A stretch of 64,000 bases of DNA from Anaerolineae bacterium (GCA_963675785.1 OY776562.1:2944001-3008000), one strand, 5' to 3'; shown: positions 29,110 through 39,558, counted from the first letter of the stretch. Notes: generated by a model from the sequence alone, not told the origin. Program-made: numbers and translations.

Positions 29110-29386
29110 AAAGGCTTTGACGGAGACCGAAAGCAGCCAGAGCGTTCAGAGAGTTCACCATCTCGCTGCAAGGTGAACACGCGAAATCTGCTGGATATCA
29201 CTCTTGAGCCTGCATCCCAAAGGCTTTTGGCCCAGTAGGCTTGCACGGTTTCATCCACCGTTATCCGGATGCACGCATCGGATCAGTTCCTGTGGGTGTA
29301 AAGTGGGCCATTTTGGGCCAACAAGGGTGGTACCGCGGAAGCATCTTCGGCTTTCGTCCCTCGAGGACGAAGGCCGTTTCTTTTTA
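29110..29386 (+). ncRNA. T-box riboswitch (Ile, specifier AUC)
   Basis: AGAGAG and GCTG stem-I motifs, AUC at 29197-29199, T-box AACAAGGGTGGTACCGCG (29320-29337), terminator CGGCTTTCGTCC/GGACGAAGGCCG plus U-tract. Confidence 0.92.
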
Positions 29387-29399
29387 GGAGAATCTGTAC

Positions 29400-30134
29400 A
29401 TGACAGAACGCCTTTACCAACTCGATAGCTACCTGAAAGCATTTGATGCCGTGGTAATGGCTGTCGACAAAGAGCAGGCTGCCATCGAACTCGACCGTAC
29501 GGCCTTTTATCCCGGTGGAGGCGGCCAACCTTATGACAGAGGTACGCTTAGCTGGGATGGAGGAAGCAATTCAGTTGTCAAGATGAGCGGCCACGGCCAG
29601 GTGTTGCATTTTTTGGAAGGCGCCCTGCCGTCGATTGGTACGCTGGTTCATGGCGAGATTGATTGGCCGTTGCGTTTTGACCACATGCGCACGCATACGG
29701 CCATGCATATCCTTTGTGGTGTGGTTTGGCGAGATTATGGCGCCCAGGTGACGGGTGGCAACATGACGCCACGCCAGGGGCGGATGGATTTCGAGTTCGA
29801 GAACCTCAGCAAAGAGCTGGTAGCTGAGATCGAGGAAAAGGTTAACATCGAGGTTCAAGCAGATCGTCCGATTCGCGTGGCTATACATTCTCGAAAAGAG
29901 GCTTTTGCCATCCCCGACCTAATACGCACCAAGATCAATCTTTTGCCAGAAGGCATTGAGCAGATACGAACGGTGGAAATTGTGGGACTGGATTTGCAGG
30001 CTGATGGCGGAACGCATGTTTCTAATACAGCGCAGGTGGGCCCTATCACCATTGTAGGATACAAGAGCAAGGGACGTATCAACAAGCGTATCGAAGTCGC
30101 CCTTGATGAGGTTCAGTTGGAGGGACAAAAGTAG
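29400..30134 (+). CDS. Free-standing aminoacyl-tRNA editing protein, AlaX-M family
   Basis: T.FYPGGGGQP, HTAMH, QADGGTH. Confidence 0.9.
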   Translation: MTERLYQLDSYLKAFDAVVMAVDKEQAAIELDRTAFYPGGGGQPYDRGTLSWDGGSNSVVKMSGHGQVLHFLEGALPSIGTLVHGEIDWPLRFDHMRTHTAMHILCGVVWRDYGAQVTGGNMTPRQGRMDFEFENLSKELVAEIEEKVNIEVQADRPIRVAIHSRKEAFAIPDLIRTKINLLPEGIEQIRTVEIVGLDLQADGGTHVSNTAQVGPITIVGYKSKGRINKRIEVALDEVQLEGQK

Positions 30135-30136
30135 CG

Positions 30137-33100
30137 ATGGCCTTTAAAGAGGTACCTTCTCAGGTAGATTTTGTCGCCCAGGAACATAGAGTCCTGGATA
30201 TGTGGGCGCACGAGTGCTCTCATGAGCATCTTTGCGAGTTGCGCCATGGCAGCGAGCCCTGGTCTTTTATCGATGGTCCCATTACTGCCAATAATCCCAT
30301 GGGGGTGCACCACGGTTGGGGACGTACGTATAAGGACCTCTATCAACGTTATTGGGCCATGCGCGGTCGTGATGAGCGCTACCAGAACGGTTTTGATTGC
30401 CAAGGCCTTTGGGTCGAGGTCGAGGTGGAAAAAGAGCTGGGTTTTAAATCCAAAAAGGATATTTTGGATTACGGCCTGGCTAACTTTGTGCGCAAATGCA
30501 AGCAGCGCGTGCTGCGCTATGCCGCTGTACAGACCGAACAGTCTGTGCGGCTGGGCTATTGGATGGATTGGAACGACCCCGACACCTTGCGCCTGCTGGC
30601 CGACAAGCTGGACGAAGACCCCCAAGAAGTGATCACCGTCGAGGGGCCCAATGGCCCGGTAACTGATACGGTAGAGCGCATCGTCGGGCGCTTGGGTATG
30701 CCCGAACTGGGCGGCAGCTATTTCACGTTCTCTACTGAGAACAACTATATGATCTGGACCTTTTTGAAAAAATGTTGGGAAAAGGGCTGGCTCTATCGCG
30801 GTGCCGACGTGATGCCCTGGTGCCCTCGCTGTGCCACCGGCATTAGCCAGCACGAGATCGTCACCGATGGCTATGCCGAACTCACCCATCCCAGCATCAC
30901 ACTCCGTTTTCCGCTGCGTGAGAGGCCTGGTGAATCGCTGCTGGTGTGGACGACCACGCCTTGGACGCTCTCTTCCAACATCGCTGCGGCTGTGGGCCCT
31001 AATTTGATCTATATCAAGGTCAAGAACGGCGACGATATCCTCTACCTCTCCAAAGCCTGCACACACATGCTGCGTGGCGAATACGAGATACTGGCCGAGC
31101 TCAAGGGCTCGGAGATGGTTGGATGGACATACGATGGTCCCTTTGACGAGCTGCCTGCGGCCAACCAGCCCGGTGGTCTGACCGAGGTTGCCGAGTTAGC
31201 CCATACCACCGAGTTGACGGCTGTCCAGGCTCACCGCGTCATTCCCTGGGATGAGGTGGGTGAGGACGAGGGCACCGGCATTGTACACAGTGCGCCGGGC
31301 TGTGGCGCCGAGGACTTTCAACTTGGTAAGGAGAACAATCTGCCGCTCATCGCCCCGCTGAACGAAGAGGGCTATTTCGTCGAGGGGTTTGATTGGTTGA
31401 CGGGCATGAACGTGCACGAGGTGCGCGACGCCATCTTTGAGAACCTTGAGGAAAAGGGTGTTCTCTATCGTGTCAAGGATTACACCCACCGTTACCCGGT
31501 GTGTTGGCGCTGCAAGACCGAACTAGTCTTTCGGTTGGTGGACGAGTGGTTCATCAGCATGGATGAACTGCGCAACGACATGATCGAGGTGACCAAGCAG
31601 ATTCGCTGGATTCCCTCCTTTGGCCTGGACCGCGAGCTGGACTGGCTGCGGAACATGCACGATTGGATGATCAGCAAAAAGCGATTTTGGGGGCTGGCAT
31701 TGCCCTTTTGGGAATGTCCTGAATGTGATCATTATGAGGTTGTTGGCAGCGGCGAAGAGCTGCAAGAACGTGCCGTCGAGGGTTGGGAGATTTTTGAGGG
31801 GCACACGCCTCACCGACCATACGTCGACGAGGTCAAGCTCCGCTGCCCCAAGTGCGGTGCAGTGATGAATCGCGTCATTGATGTGGGTAACCCCTGGCTG
31901 GATGCTGGCATCGTTAGTTTTAGCACTTTGAGCTATCGCGCTGACAAAGAATACTGGGACAAGTGGTTCCCCGCTAACTGGATCAGCGAATCCTTCCCGG
32001 GACAATTCCGCAACTGGTTCTACAGCCTGCTGGCCATGTCCACCGTGTTGGAAAACAAGCCACCATTCCTGGAGAATTTTTCCTATGCCACGCTGTTGGC
32101 CGAGGATGGCAAGCCCATGCACAAGAGCTCGGGTAACTCGATCGAGTTTAACGAAGCTGCCGACCAGATGGGCGTGGACGTGATGCGTTGGCTCTATTGC
32201 CGACAAAAGCCAGAGAATAACCTGATTTTTGGCTATAACCGGGCTAATGAAGTGCGTCGGCAGTTCCTCATCCCGCTTTGGAACGTCTACAATTTCTTTG
32301 TGACTTATGCGCGACTCGATGGTTGGGAGCCAGAGCAAGCCGGGTTCGACCCCGATATGCCTGAAGGTCCGACGCCATGTAGCGATAATCTGCTGGATCG
32401 CTGGATTCTGGCTCGTATCAACGCCGTAGCAGAGGCTGTACGGGTGGCTTTGGAGAACTCGGACGCCTATACGGCCACATTGGCCGTAGATGGGTTCATC
32501 GATGACCTGACCAACTGGTACGTTCGCCGCAGTCGCCGCCGTTTCTGGAAGAGTGAGCATGATGCCGACAAGACCACAGCTTATGCCACGCTGTATCATG
32601 TGTTGGTCAAGCTGATCAAGGTATTGGCACCATTTACGCCTTTTGTTACCGAGATCATGTACCAGAATCTGGTGCGAGAACTGCAACCAGAAGCGCACCC
32701 CAGTGTGCACCATTGCCTGTGGCCGCTGACGGACAAATCGGCATTGGATCCCGAGCTCATCGCTCAAATGGATCTGGCTCGACAGGTGGCTAGCCTGGGG
32801 CTGGGAGCGCGCAGCCTTGTCAACATCAAAGTACGCCAGCCATTGGCCAGGGCACTGGTCTATGCTGGTGACAGACAAGTTGCCCTGTTGCCCGAGCTGA
32901 TGGATATCATCATGGACGAACTCAACGTCAAGATGGTTGAGTTTGTCCATGATGAGGGAACTTTGGTCAACTATCGCGTGGTAGCTGACGGCAAGGTTTT
33001 GGGGCCTCGCTTTGGTAAGAGCTTCCCACTGGTTCGCGCTGTTTTGGGGGCGATGCCAGCGGCTGAGGTGGCAGCAAAGGTCAAGACTGGTCGGTCGGTG

Positions 33101-33502
33101 CTGGTAACTATTGCTGGTGAAGAGGTCGAACTTTTACCCGAAGAGATCATCATCGATACCGAATCAGTAGAAGGCCTTTCGGTGCAATCGGACAAAGGCA
33201 TCACTGTGGCCATTGATAGCGTCATTACACCCGAACTGGAGGCCGAGGGATTGGTGCGCGACTTGGTGCGCTATGTGCAGACACTGCGCAAAGAGGCGGA
33301 TTACGATCTCTCTCAGCGAATTACCGTGGGACTGTTTGGCTTGGATGAGGCAGCACAGGCTGCCGTGGTCTCCTTCAAAGCCTATTTGCAAGGTGAAACG
33401 CTCTGCAACCAGGTCCTTTTTGAGGATGACGGTGCCGAATGGAACGCGCGAGGCGAATCCAAGCTGGCTGGCGCTACTATTGAGGTTGCTGTTCGGGCTT
33501 AG
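30137..33502 (+). CDS. ileS: Isoleucine--tRNA ligase, type 2
   Basis: DGPITAN, GVHH, WTTTPWTL, GTGIVH, DWMISKKRFWG, PMHKS, IleRS2-type C-terminus without zinc finger; Ile T-box upstream. Confidence 0.96.
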   Translation: MAFKEVPSQVDFVAQEHRVLDMWAHECSHEHLCELRHGSEPWSFIDGPITANNPMGVHHGWGRTYKDLYQRYWAMRGRDERYQNGFDCQGLWVEVEVEKELGFKSKKDILDYGLANFVRKCKQRVLRYAAVQTEQSVRLGYWMDWNDPDTLRLLADKLDEDPQEVITVEGPNGPVTDTVERIVGRLGMPELGGSYFTFSTENNYMIWTFLKKCWEKGWLYRGADVMPWCPRCATGISQHEIVTDGYAELTHPSITLRFPLRERPGESLLVWTTTPWTLSSNIAAAVGPNLIYIKVKNGDDILYLSKACTHMLRGEYEILAELKGSEMVGWTYDGPFDELPAANQPGGLTEVAELAHTTELTAVQAHRVIPWDEVGEDEGTGIVHSAPGCGAEDFQLGKENNLPLIAPLNEEGYFVEGFDWLTGMNVHEVRDAIFENLEEKGVLYRVKDYTHRYPVCWRCKTELVFRLVDEWFISMDELRNDMIEVTKQIRWIPSFGLDRELDWLRNMHDWMISKKRFWGLALPFWECPECDHYEVVGSGEELQERAVEGWEIFEGHTPHRPYVDEVKLRCPKCGAVMNRVIDVGNPWLDAGIVSFSTLSYRADKEYWDKWFPANWISESFPGQFRNWFYSLLAMSTVLENKPPFLENFSYATLLAEDGKPMHKSSGNSIEFNEAADQMGVDVMRWLYCRQKPENNLIFGYNRANEVRRQFLIPLWNVYNFFVTYARLDGWEPEQAGFDPDMPEGPTPCSDNLLDRWILARINAVAEAVRVALENSDAYTATLAVDGFIDDLTNWYVRRSRRRFWKSEHDADKTTAYATLYHVLVKLIKVLAPFTPFVTEIMYQNLVRELQPEAHPSVHHCLWPLTDKSALDPELIAQMDLARQVASLGLGARSLVNIKVRQPLARALVYAGDRQVALLPELMDIIMDELNVKMVEFVHDEGTLVNYRVVADGKVLGPRFGKSFPLVRAVLGAMPAAEVAAKVKTGRSVLVTIAGEEVELLPEEIIIDTESVEGLSVQSDKGITVAIDSVITPELEAEGLVRDLVRYVQTLRKEADYDLSQRITVGLFGLDEAAQAAVVSFKAYLQGETLCNQVLFEDDGAEWNARGESKLAGATIEVAVRA

Positions 33503-33503
33503 G

Positions 33504-33541
33504 AAAAATAAGGGCCGCCGAGTATTCGGCGGCTCTTTGTT
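33504..33541. terminator. Bidirectional terminator
   Basis: AGGGCCGCCGA/TCGGCGGCTCT stem flanked by A- and T-tracts, between convergent genes. Confidence 0.8.
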
Positions 33542-33549
33542 ATTAAAAG

Positions 33550-34611
33550 TCAGAGTGTTTTGAGCTGAGCAACGCCGTATTGAGCGCTCAGTTTGTTCAT
33601 AATGTTCATTACATCTTCACTGAGTGGTATGCCTTTTTGACGGTTCTCAGCTGCCCTGCGTTGCTCAGGCTCGCCAGGAATGAGGATTTCCTCGACATCT
33701 GGCTCTAGGGGTGTGGCTTTGATGCGGCGAATGACCTCATCGATGCGTTCTCTAAAGGCATCGATAGGCATAAAGCGGCTCACGTCCAGGGCTCCGACAA
33801 AATGCCCCAGACTCTGCGGCTTGGCCAGGTTAGAGAACAAACCACCAATGTCACTGGTCATCATGGCGCCGGTCAACACAGAGCTAAAAACCTCGGCAAT
33901 GAGACCCAGTCCATAGCCCTTGTAACCACCGAGGGGCAACAGATAGCCATTGCTTCCAGCTTGTGCGTCCGTCGTCGGTTGGCCGTCTTTGGTTACAGCC
34001 CAGCCCAAAGGGATATCGTGTCCTTCCAGAGCGGCCAATTGCACTTTGCCGCGAGCTACTACACTGGTGGCCATATCTAGCATGATGCCGCTCGTTTCTC
34101 CGCCGGGCACCCCAATGCAAAGCGGGTTGGTGCCCAATGCGGGCGCAATGCCACCGGTTGGCAGCACCATAGGCACGGCCGCTGTGGTGGCAAAGCCGAT
34201 CATCCCCTTGGCTACAGCCCGCTGCGCAAAGAAAAAGGCGGCGCCAAAATGGGCGCTGTTGCGTACGCCCACCATGCCGCAACCGTTTTGGCCAGCCATA
34301 TCGATGGCCATGTCCATGGCCGTTATACCCACAAAAGCACCGGGCGAATCGTCGGCATCAATGAGCGCTGTGGTGTTCGATTGGGCCAGTACCACGGGAT
34401 GAGGGTCACCGTTCATGCCCCCATGTTCAATGCGTTGGCAATAGTTCTGCAAGAGACGAGAAACACCGTGACTGCCCAAGCCGTGTAATTCACCCTGGAC
34501 TAGGCTTTCAGTGACCGATACGGCTACATCACGCCGCATCCCGGCCTTGGTCAGAACTGCCAGTGTAAAACGATCCAGTTCGTCTGCCGCAATGCGTACA
34601 TAGTCGGTCAT
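33550..34611 (-). CDS. Ldh_2 family oxidoreductase (malate/L-lactate/sulfolactate dehydrogenase-like)
   Basis: SHGV, NSAHFG, GTNP, LDMATS, GGYKGYGL, IPGE. Confidence 0.9.
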   Translation of the reverse strand: MTDYVRIAADELDRFTLAVLTKAGMRRDVAVSVTESLVQGELHGLGSHGVSRLLQNYCQRIEHGGMNGDPHPVVLAQSNTTALIDADDSPGAFVGITAMDMAIDMAGQNGCGMVGVRNSAHFGAAFFFAQRAVAKGMIGFATTAAVPMVLPTGGIAPALGTNPLCIGVPGGETSGIMLDMATSVVARGKVQLAALEGHDIPLGWAVTKDGQPTTDAQAGSNGYLLPLGGYKGYGLGLIAEVFSSVLTGAMMTSDIGGLFSNLAKPQSLGHFVGALDVSRFMPIDAFRERIDEVIRRIKATPLEPDVEEILIPGEPEQRRAAENRQKGIPLSEDVMNIMNKLSAQYGVAQLKTL

Positions 34612-34748
34612 ATCTTGTCTCCGTTCTCGTTGCCAATATTCCATGTGGGTATCATACCGAGTTGCCTCTCTCTGTCCACTTGTTTTTCGCGCTCTTACTT
34701 TGCGGCGGTATCGCTAACCCCGTACAATGACAATACTTTATTGAAAGG

Positions 34749-36968
34749 ATGATCCCTTTGGATCTCTTTGCTCATGCTCGAAATGAACAGAATGAACATG
34801 AGGCCCCCTTGGCCGCACGGATGCGCCCTCGCAACCTGGATGAGTTCATTGGCCAGGAGCACGTGGTGGGCCCTGGCCGCTTGCTGCGCCGCGCCATCCA
34901 GGCCGACCAGCTCTCGTCGCTGATCTTTTACGGGCCGCCAGGTACGGGAAAAACCACGTTGGCTATGGTAATTGCCAACACGACCAGTTCTCGCTTTGTA
35001 ACGCTGAATGCTGTATTGGCTGGCGTGCAGGATATTCGCAAAGTGACAGCCGAGGCACGTGAAGACCGCGATCTCTATGGACGTCGCACCATCCTTTTTG
35101 TGGACGAGGTACACCGCTGGAACAAGGCCCAGCAGGACGCACTGCTGCCCTGGGTAGAGAACGGCACCATTGTCATGATTGGTGCGACGACGGAGAATCC
35201 CTGGTTTTCGGTGAATAAAGCGCTGTTGAGTCGCAGCCGTGTCTTTCAACTCGTGCCCCTCAGTGAGGGCGATTTACTCAAGATCGCCGAACAAGCTATT
35301 GCTGATGCCGAGCGCGGCTATGGCAAGTTGAATGTCATCATCCAGCCGGATGCTATGGACCATCTGGTGAATGTGGCTAACGGTGATGCGCGCTCGCTAC
35401 TCAATGCTTTGGAATTGGCTGTCGAGACCACCGACCCTGATAACCAGGGGCGAACCATCATTAGTCTTGCTGTGGCTGAAGAATCTATTCAACGCCGCGC
35501 TGTGCTTTACGATCGTGAAGGCGATTATCACTTTGATACCATTAGTGCTTTTATCAAATCGATTCGCGGCTCTGATCCAGATGCGGCCCTCTATTGGCTT
35601 TCTAAAATGGTTTATGCTGGCGAAGACCCGCGTTTCATCTTTCGGCGGCTGCTCATTTCTGCCAGCGAGGATATCGGTTTGGCCGATCCACAGGCTTTGC
35701 GTGTGGTAGAGAGCGCTGCTGCCACCTTTGATCGTGTCGGATTGCCAGAGGGCCAGTTTCACTTGGCGGAGGCTACGCTCTACCTGGCCACTGCGCCCAA
35801 GTCCAATTCGACAATGGGCTATTTCGATGCTTTGGAGGTGGTTCGCACCGAACGTAGTTCGGATGTGCCAGCACATCTCAAGGATGCTAGTCGCGACAAA
35901 GAGGGTTTTGGCCACGGTGAGGGGTATTTGTATCCCCATGCTTATCGTGATCACTGGGTAGCTCAGCAATATCTACCCTCCTCGCTGCAAGGGCGTCTGT
36001 TCTACGAGCCCGGCGATCAGGGCTATGAAAAGAGTATTCAGGTACAGGTTCAGCAACGCCGCGAGGCCCAATTGGCAGCAGTGGTGGATACCTCCGATGC
36101 CGCTGATGTGCTCACCTTTTCGCCGGTGAATGCGAACGAGAGCCACTGGCTGACGCGAGCCATCGGTTCTGTCGGTCAGGAATTGGCCAATCTTCGCGAG
36201 ATCGTCTTTGGTCAGGAGCGCTGGGAACGCCATTGGTTGGTTTTGGATCTCAACGCCGGTTCTGGTTTGCTTACCTGGGAAGCACTGCGCCGGGTGCCCG
36301 AAGGTGGTGTATGGGTTTTGGTGGACAATGAATCGACGGCACAGGCACTCATCGAACAATCCCAACATCTTACCCAGTTGTCCCGACCGCAGGTGTGGGG
36401 GGGAGCAATCCCCGATGTGACTGAACATGCGGATGTGCGTTTCGACCGCATCATAGGGCGAAATGCGCTAGGCTCACTTCAGGACAAGGCGAGCGCTTTG
36501 AAGGCGATTGCAGATATATTAGCTGCTGAAGGTGCGCTAAGCCTGGTAGAGGCCATTCCCTCGCGGGCACAACGTCTATCCGATCTGTTGAACACTTCCG
36601 CCTGGCCCCAGGGCCTTGCTGGCGCCTTTCGCGAACTGGAAGAAGAACTCTATAACGATCCCACCAGTCCTTTGACCAATTGGAAGGCAGATGATCTGGC
36701 CGCATTTGCTACGGAAGCGGGATTGCGCCTGGTTCAAGTGACCACTGTACCTCTTGAACGTCAGGTGCTCATCAATGCCAAAACAATTGAGGGCTGGTTT
36801 GGCGAGGGAAGCAAAAAGGGAGCTCCGTCTTTGGGACAGCGCCTTAGGAGCACCTTGAGCGACGATCAGGTGGGTACTATTGAATTGGCTTGCCGAACTC
36901 AGCTTGTTGGTGATCCTGTGCCCTGGCATGCCGAATATGTCCATCTCCAGGCTGCGCGGGGCCGCTAG
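34749..36968 (+). CDS. rarA: Replication-associated recombination ATPase RarA/MgsA with C-terminal methyltransferase-like domain
   Basis: [48 protein letters not shown]; extra ~280 aa containing VLDLNAGSG. Confidence 0.88.
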   Translation: MIPLDLFAHARNEQNEHEAPLAARMRPRNLDEFIGQEHVVGPGRLLRRAIQADQLSSLIFYGPPGTGKTTLAMVIANTTSSRFVTLNAVLAGVQDIRKVTAEAREDRDLYGRRTILFVDEVHRWNKAQQDALLPWVENGTIVMIGATTENPWFSVNKALLSRSRVFQLVPLSEGDLLKIAEQAIADAERGYGKLNVIIQPDAMDHLVNVANGDARSLLNALELAVETTDPDNQGRTIISLAVAEESIQRRAVLYDREGDYHFDTISAFIKSIRGSDPDAALYWLSKMVYAGEDPRFIFRRLLISASEDIGLADPQALRVVESAAATFDRVGLPEGQFHLAEATLYLATAPKSNSTMGYFDALEVVRTERSSDVPAHLKDASRDKEGFGHGEGYLYPHAYRDHWVAQQYLPSSLQGRLFYEPGDQGYEKSIQVQVQQRREAQLAAVVDTSDAADVLTFSPVNANESHWLTRAIGSVGQELANLREIVFGQERWERHWLVLDLNAGSGLLTWEALRRVPEGGVWVLVDNESTAQALIEQSQHLTQLSRPQVWGGAIPDVTEHADVRFDRIIGRNALGSLQDKASALKAIADILAAEGALSLVEAIPSRAQRLSDLLNTSAWPQGLAGAFRELEEELYNDPTSPLTNWKADDLAAFATEAGLRLVQVTTVPLERQVLINAKTIEGWFGEGSKKGAPSLGQRLRSTLSDDQVGTIELACRTQLVGDPVPWHAEYVHLQAARGR

Positions 36969-36971
36969 GAA

Positions 36972-37703
36972 TTATTCTGCTGTTCGCAGACCACCCCGCA
37001 AATAAATATGGCTAACAATGGCGTCGGTGCAGCCGGCCACATCGTTTAAGATGCTTTCAGGTCTAAAAATGAGAATATCCCACTCCTGAGGTTGCTCATT
37101 GGATGGATCTACGAGTTCGCAGAGAACACCCACGCCGCCACTCGCGCAAGGAATCGCGAGATCAACCTGAATGGCGTGATTCTCCATGGAAATGGTATAG
37201 GGGGAGGCGCAGGGTACTTCGCGAATTTCCAAAGCTTTCTTGAGTCTGTCCACAGCGGTTTCGCGATCCCACAACTGGCCGATTTCGGTGCTGCTGTAGA
37301 GTAGAGATAGGCGTGTGGGGATAAAAGTGATGCGCCGCAGGTTTTCACTGATGATAGGGTGGGGCAGTTCTTCAAGCTTAGCCAGGTCAAAGCGATAGTA
37401 TAGTTCGCCGGCGCGCGGGTGTGCGGCTTCTTCGGGCAATAATTCGCGGCGAGGCATCACGTGCACTTGCTGCACGTGGGCCATGTATCTGACAGAGTAC
37501 TGCCAATCCTCAAAAATGTGAGGGTGATAAAAAGCTAAATAGGCCACATGAATTCTGCTTGGTGCACGTTTGACGGGGATGCGGTACCAATGTTCGGTTG
37601 TAATGTGCCCCCAATCTGTCACAGTAGGGACAATAACCACCAAGGCGGCGGGGTCACTTTCGGCATATTCAATGCTTTCGATATCGGCTGGCTCATCCCA
37701 CAT
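36972..37703 (-). CDS. Hypothetical protein: WYRIP (PUA/EVE-like) domain plus degenerate DUF559/Vsr-like domain
   Basis: WYRIP, YLAFY, RRELLP, RRITFI; C-terminal VDLAIP...W.ILIF pattern. Confidence 0.6.
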   Translation of the reverse strand: MWDEPADIESIEYAESDPAALVVIVPTVTDWGHITTEHWYRIPVKRAPSRIHVAYLAFYHPHIFEDWQYSVRYMAHVQQVHVMPRRELLPEEAAHPRAGELYYRFDLAKLEELPHPIISENLRRITFIPTRLSLLYSSTEIGQLWDRETAVDRLKKALEIREVPCASPYTISMENHAIQVDLAIPCASGGVGVLCELVDPSNEQPQEWDILIFRPESILNDVAGCTDAIVSHIYLRGGLRTAE

Positions 37704-37787
37704 GGCGCATCCTCATGTTGTTTTCGCCTAGTATGCCAGAATAGCAAAACGGGTGCCAGTGTACTGGCACCCGTTTCTCTAATAGGA

Positions 37788-38870
37788 TCAGCCGCCGAAG
37801 ATGCCGCCCAATGTAGACCAGAGGTGATCCCACTGTGGTGTCGAAGCATCCGTGGGGAAGAGCAAATATCTGGGGATGAGATAGACTAGATACAGCCCCA
37901 TGAGATAAAAGGCGTGTGCCTTTTTAAGCTTGCCCTTGGTGAACCAGAGAATCAGCCACAAAATGATGCCTGTGATGGTTTCCCAAGGAAGATCCCAGAG
38001 CACAAGAGGCTCGGGAACATAGTAAGTCGAGATCAAAGCACCGCCACCGATGGCTACCAAAGGGTTGGTGATGTTGCTGCCAACCAATGTGCCCAGTGAG
38101 ATACCATGGGCCTTTTTGCCAACGCCAGAAAGCGCTGTGGTGAGTTCGGGAAGTGCCGAAGCCAGACCCAACGTGACAACGCCGATAAGCGAACCACTAA
38201 TGCCTGTCTGTACGACAACAGTCTCAGTTGCGTGAAGCACAACTTGGGCTGCACCAACCGTTATAGCCATGGCCAATAGCGAGATGAAAGAATACTCCCA
38301 GGCCTCTTTTTTGTTTGCAGGCGCCTCAGTATCGTCATCATCGGTCTCAGGTTGACCATCAAAGTGCTTGCGCTCATCCCAATAAAGGTACCAGGTGTAA
38401 AGGATGAACGTGCCAAACAAAATGAGACCATCAATGCGGGAAAAATTTCTGTCCCAGCCAAGGATGATACACATAACCGTCGTGCCAATCATGGGGATCA
38501 TGCTCTTCCAGAGGAAGTAACGCCGGAAGTACAACGTGCCTGCCAAAAAGACAACAAGCCCCAGAATGACGGTCTGCTGTACCACATCTGAGCCAATGTT
38601 TGCGCCCAGGACAACGGAGGATAGAACTTCTCTGCGTGAGGGATCACCCAGAATGCCCACGGATGCTGTCAGGTGAGAAGTGATTTCTGGGATACTTGTG
38701 GCCAGTGATACAACGGTCATGCCCATAAATGTCGTTGATAAATTGAAATACTTTGCCAGACCAATGAGCTTGCCGACGGCCTTGTCAGCTGCAAGAACGA
38801 GCACAACAAGTGCACCCACGCCGATTAGTGATACTACCCAGAGACTTTGTGACTGAAAAAACGCTGCCAT
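37788..38870 (-). CDS. Sodium:calcium antiporter (CaCA family)
   Basis: Alpha repeats ATSIPE...GSD and ASALPE...GSN; about 10 TMs. Confidence 0.9.
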   Translation of the reverse strand: MAAFFQSQSLWVVSLIGVGALVVLVLAADKAVGKLIGLAKYFNLSTTFMGMTVVSLATSIPEITSHLTASVGILGDPSRREVLSSVVLGANIGSDVVQQTVILGLVVFLAGTLYFRRYFLWKSMIPMIGTTVMCIILGWDRNFSRIDGLILFGTFILYTWYLYWDERKHFDGQPETDDDDTEAPANKKEAWEYSFISLLAMAITVGAAQVVLHATETVVVQTGISGSLIGVVTLGLASALPELTTALSGVGKKAHGISLGTLVGSNITNPLVAIGGGALISTYYVPEPLVLWDLPWETITGIILWLILWFTKGKLKKAHAFYLMGLYLVYLIPRYLLFPTDASTPQWDHLWSTLGGIFGG

Positions 38871-38964
38871 TCCCCGACCATCCAAGCTAGTGAGTGGGCT
38901 CCGCGATACGTTTTTAGGTCTGTGTATGCGATATGAGCAAACTCTGCCAATAATACGACATGGT

Positions 38965-38993
38965 ATTCTACCAACCCCTAAAATAGCTGTCAA
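38965..38993 (-). promoter_or_regulatory. Sigma70 promoter for the antiporter
   Basis: TTGACA-17 nt-TAGAAT on the minus strand. Confidence 0.7.
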
Positions 38994-39558
38994 GCAGTGC
39001 TAAAATGCATGTTTGTGCAATGTGCCCTCTTGTTCTTAGGGTTTCAATTTCAGGGGATTTAGAGAGATTGTGCTACTTTTAACCGTGCCATTCGATTTAG
39101 TTCTAGGGTGAAAGGCCCCAGTGTTTTAGGAGCAAAGTCAGAGCTAGTGTTGAAACTTGAACTAGATTTAACGACTATTCTTTTACTATAATCACAAATA
39201 GAGTCTTTGGATGCAACTATTTGGTCAGGAGACGTGGTTCGCGCCGTGGACTTTGGCATCGAGGCAGGTTAGGAGCAAGATAGTTTCTTTATAGTTAATT
39301 GAAATAACCACATCATTATTGACTGCAGTTCCTGATGGGGCGTGAGCATGCGCCGAGAGTCGTTTGTTTGGTGCTATGTGCACAAAGTTTTGAGCTACGG
39401 TGCCTGCTGCGAGGAAAGGCTCTTCTAGCAGAACTGTAAAAGTGCGGCATCATTTGAGAACTGGCTAAGCAGCATCAAGAGATTTTTCAGAATAGCAGCT
39501 TCTAATCTGGATTGGTACGATAGCCGTGGAGATGAATGCGTCACAAGGGCATGACCAC

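Noticed and set aside
30113-32950. Long antisense ORFs (317 and 475 aa) opposite ileS, and a 214-aa ORF opposite serS
   Set aside because: Shadow frames produced by codon bias of highly expressed genes; no motifs, SD or promoter support.
39059-39259. 66-aa minus-strand ORF in the large intergenic gap
   Set aside because: No clear SD and no recognisable motif.
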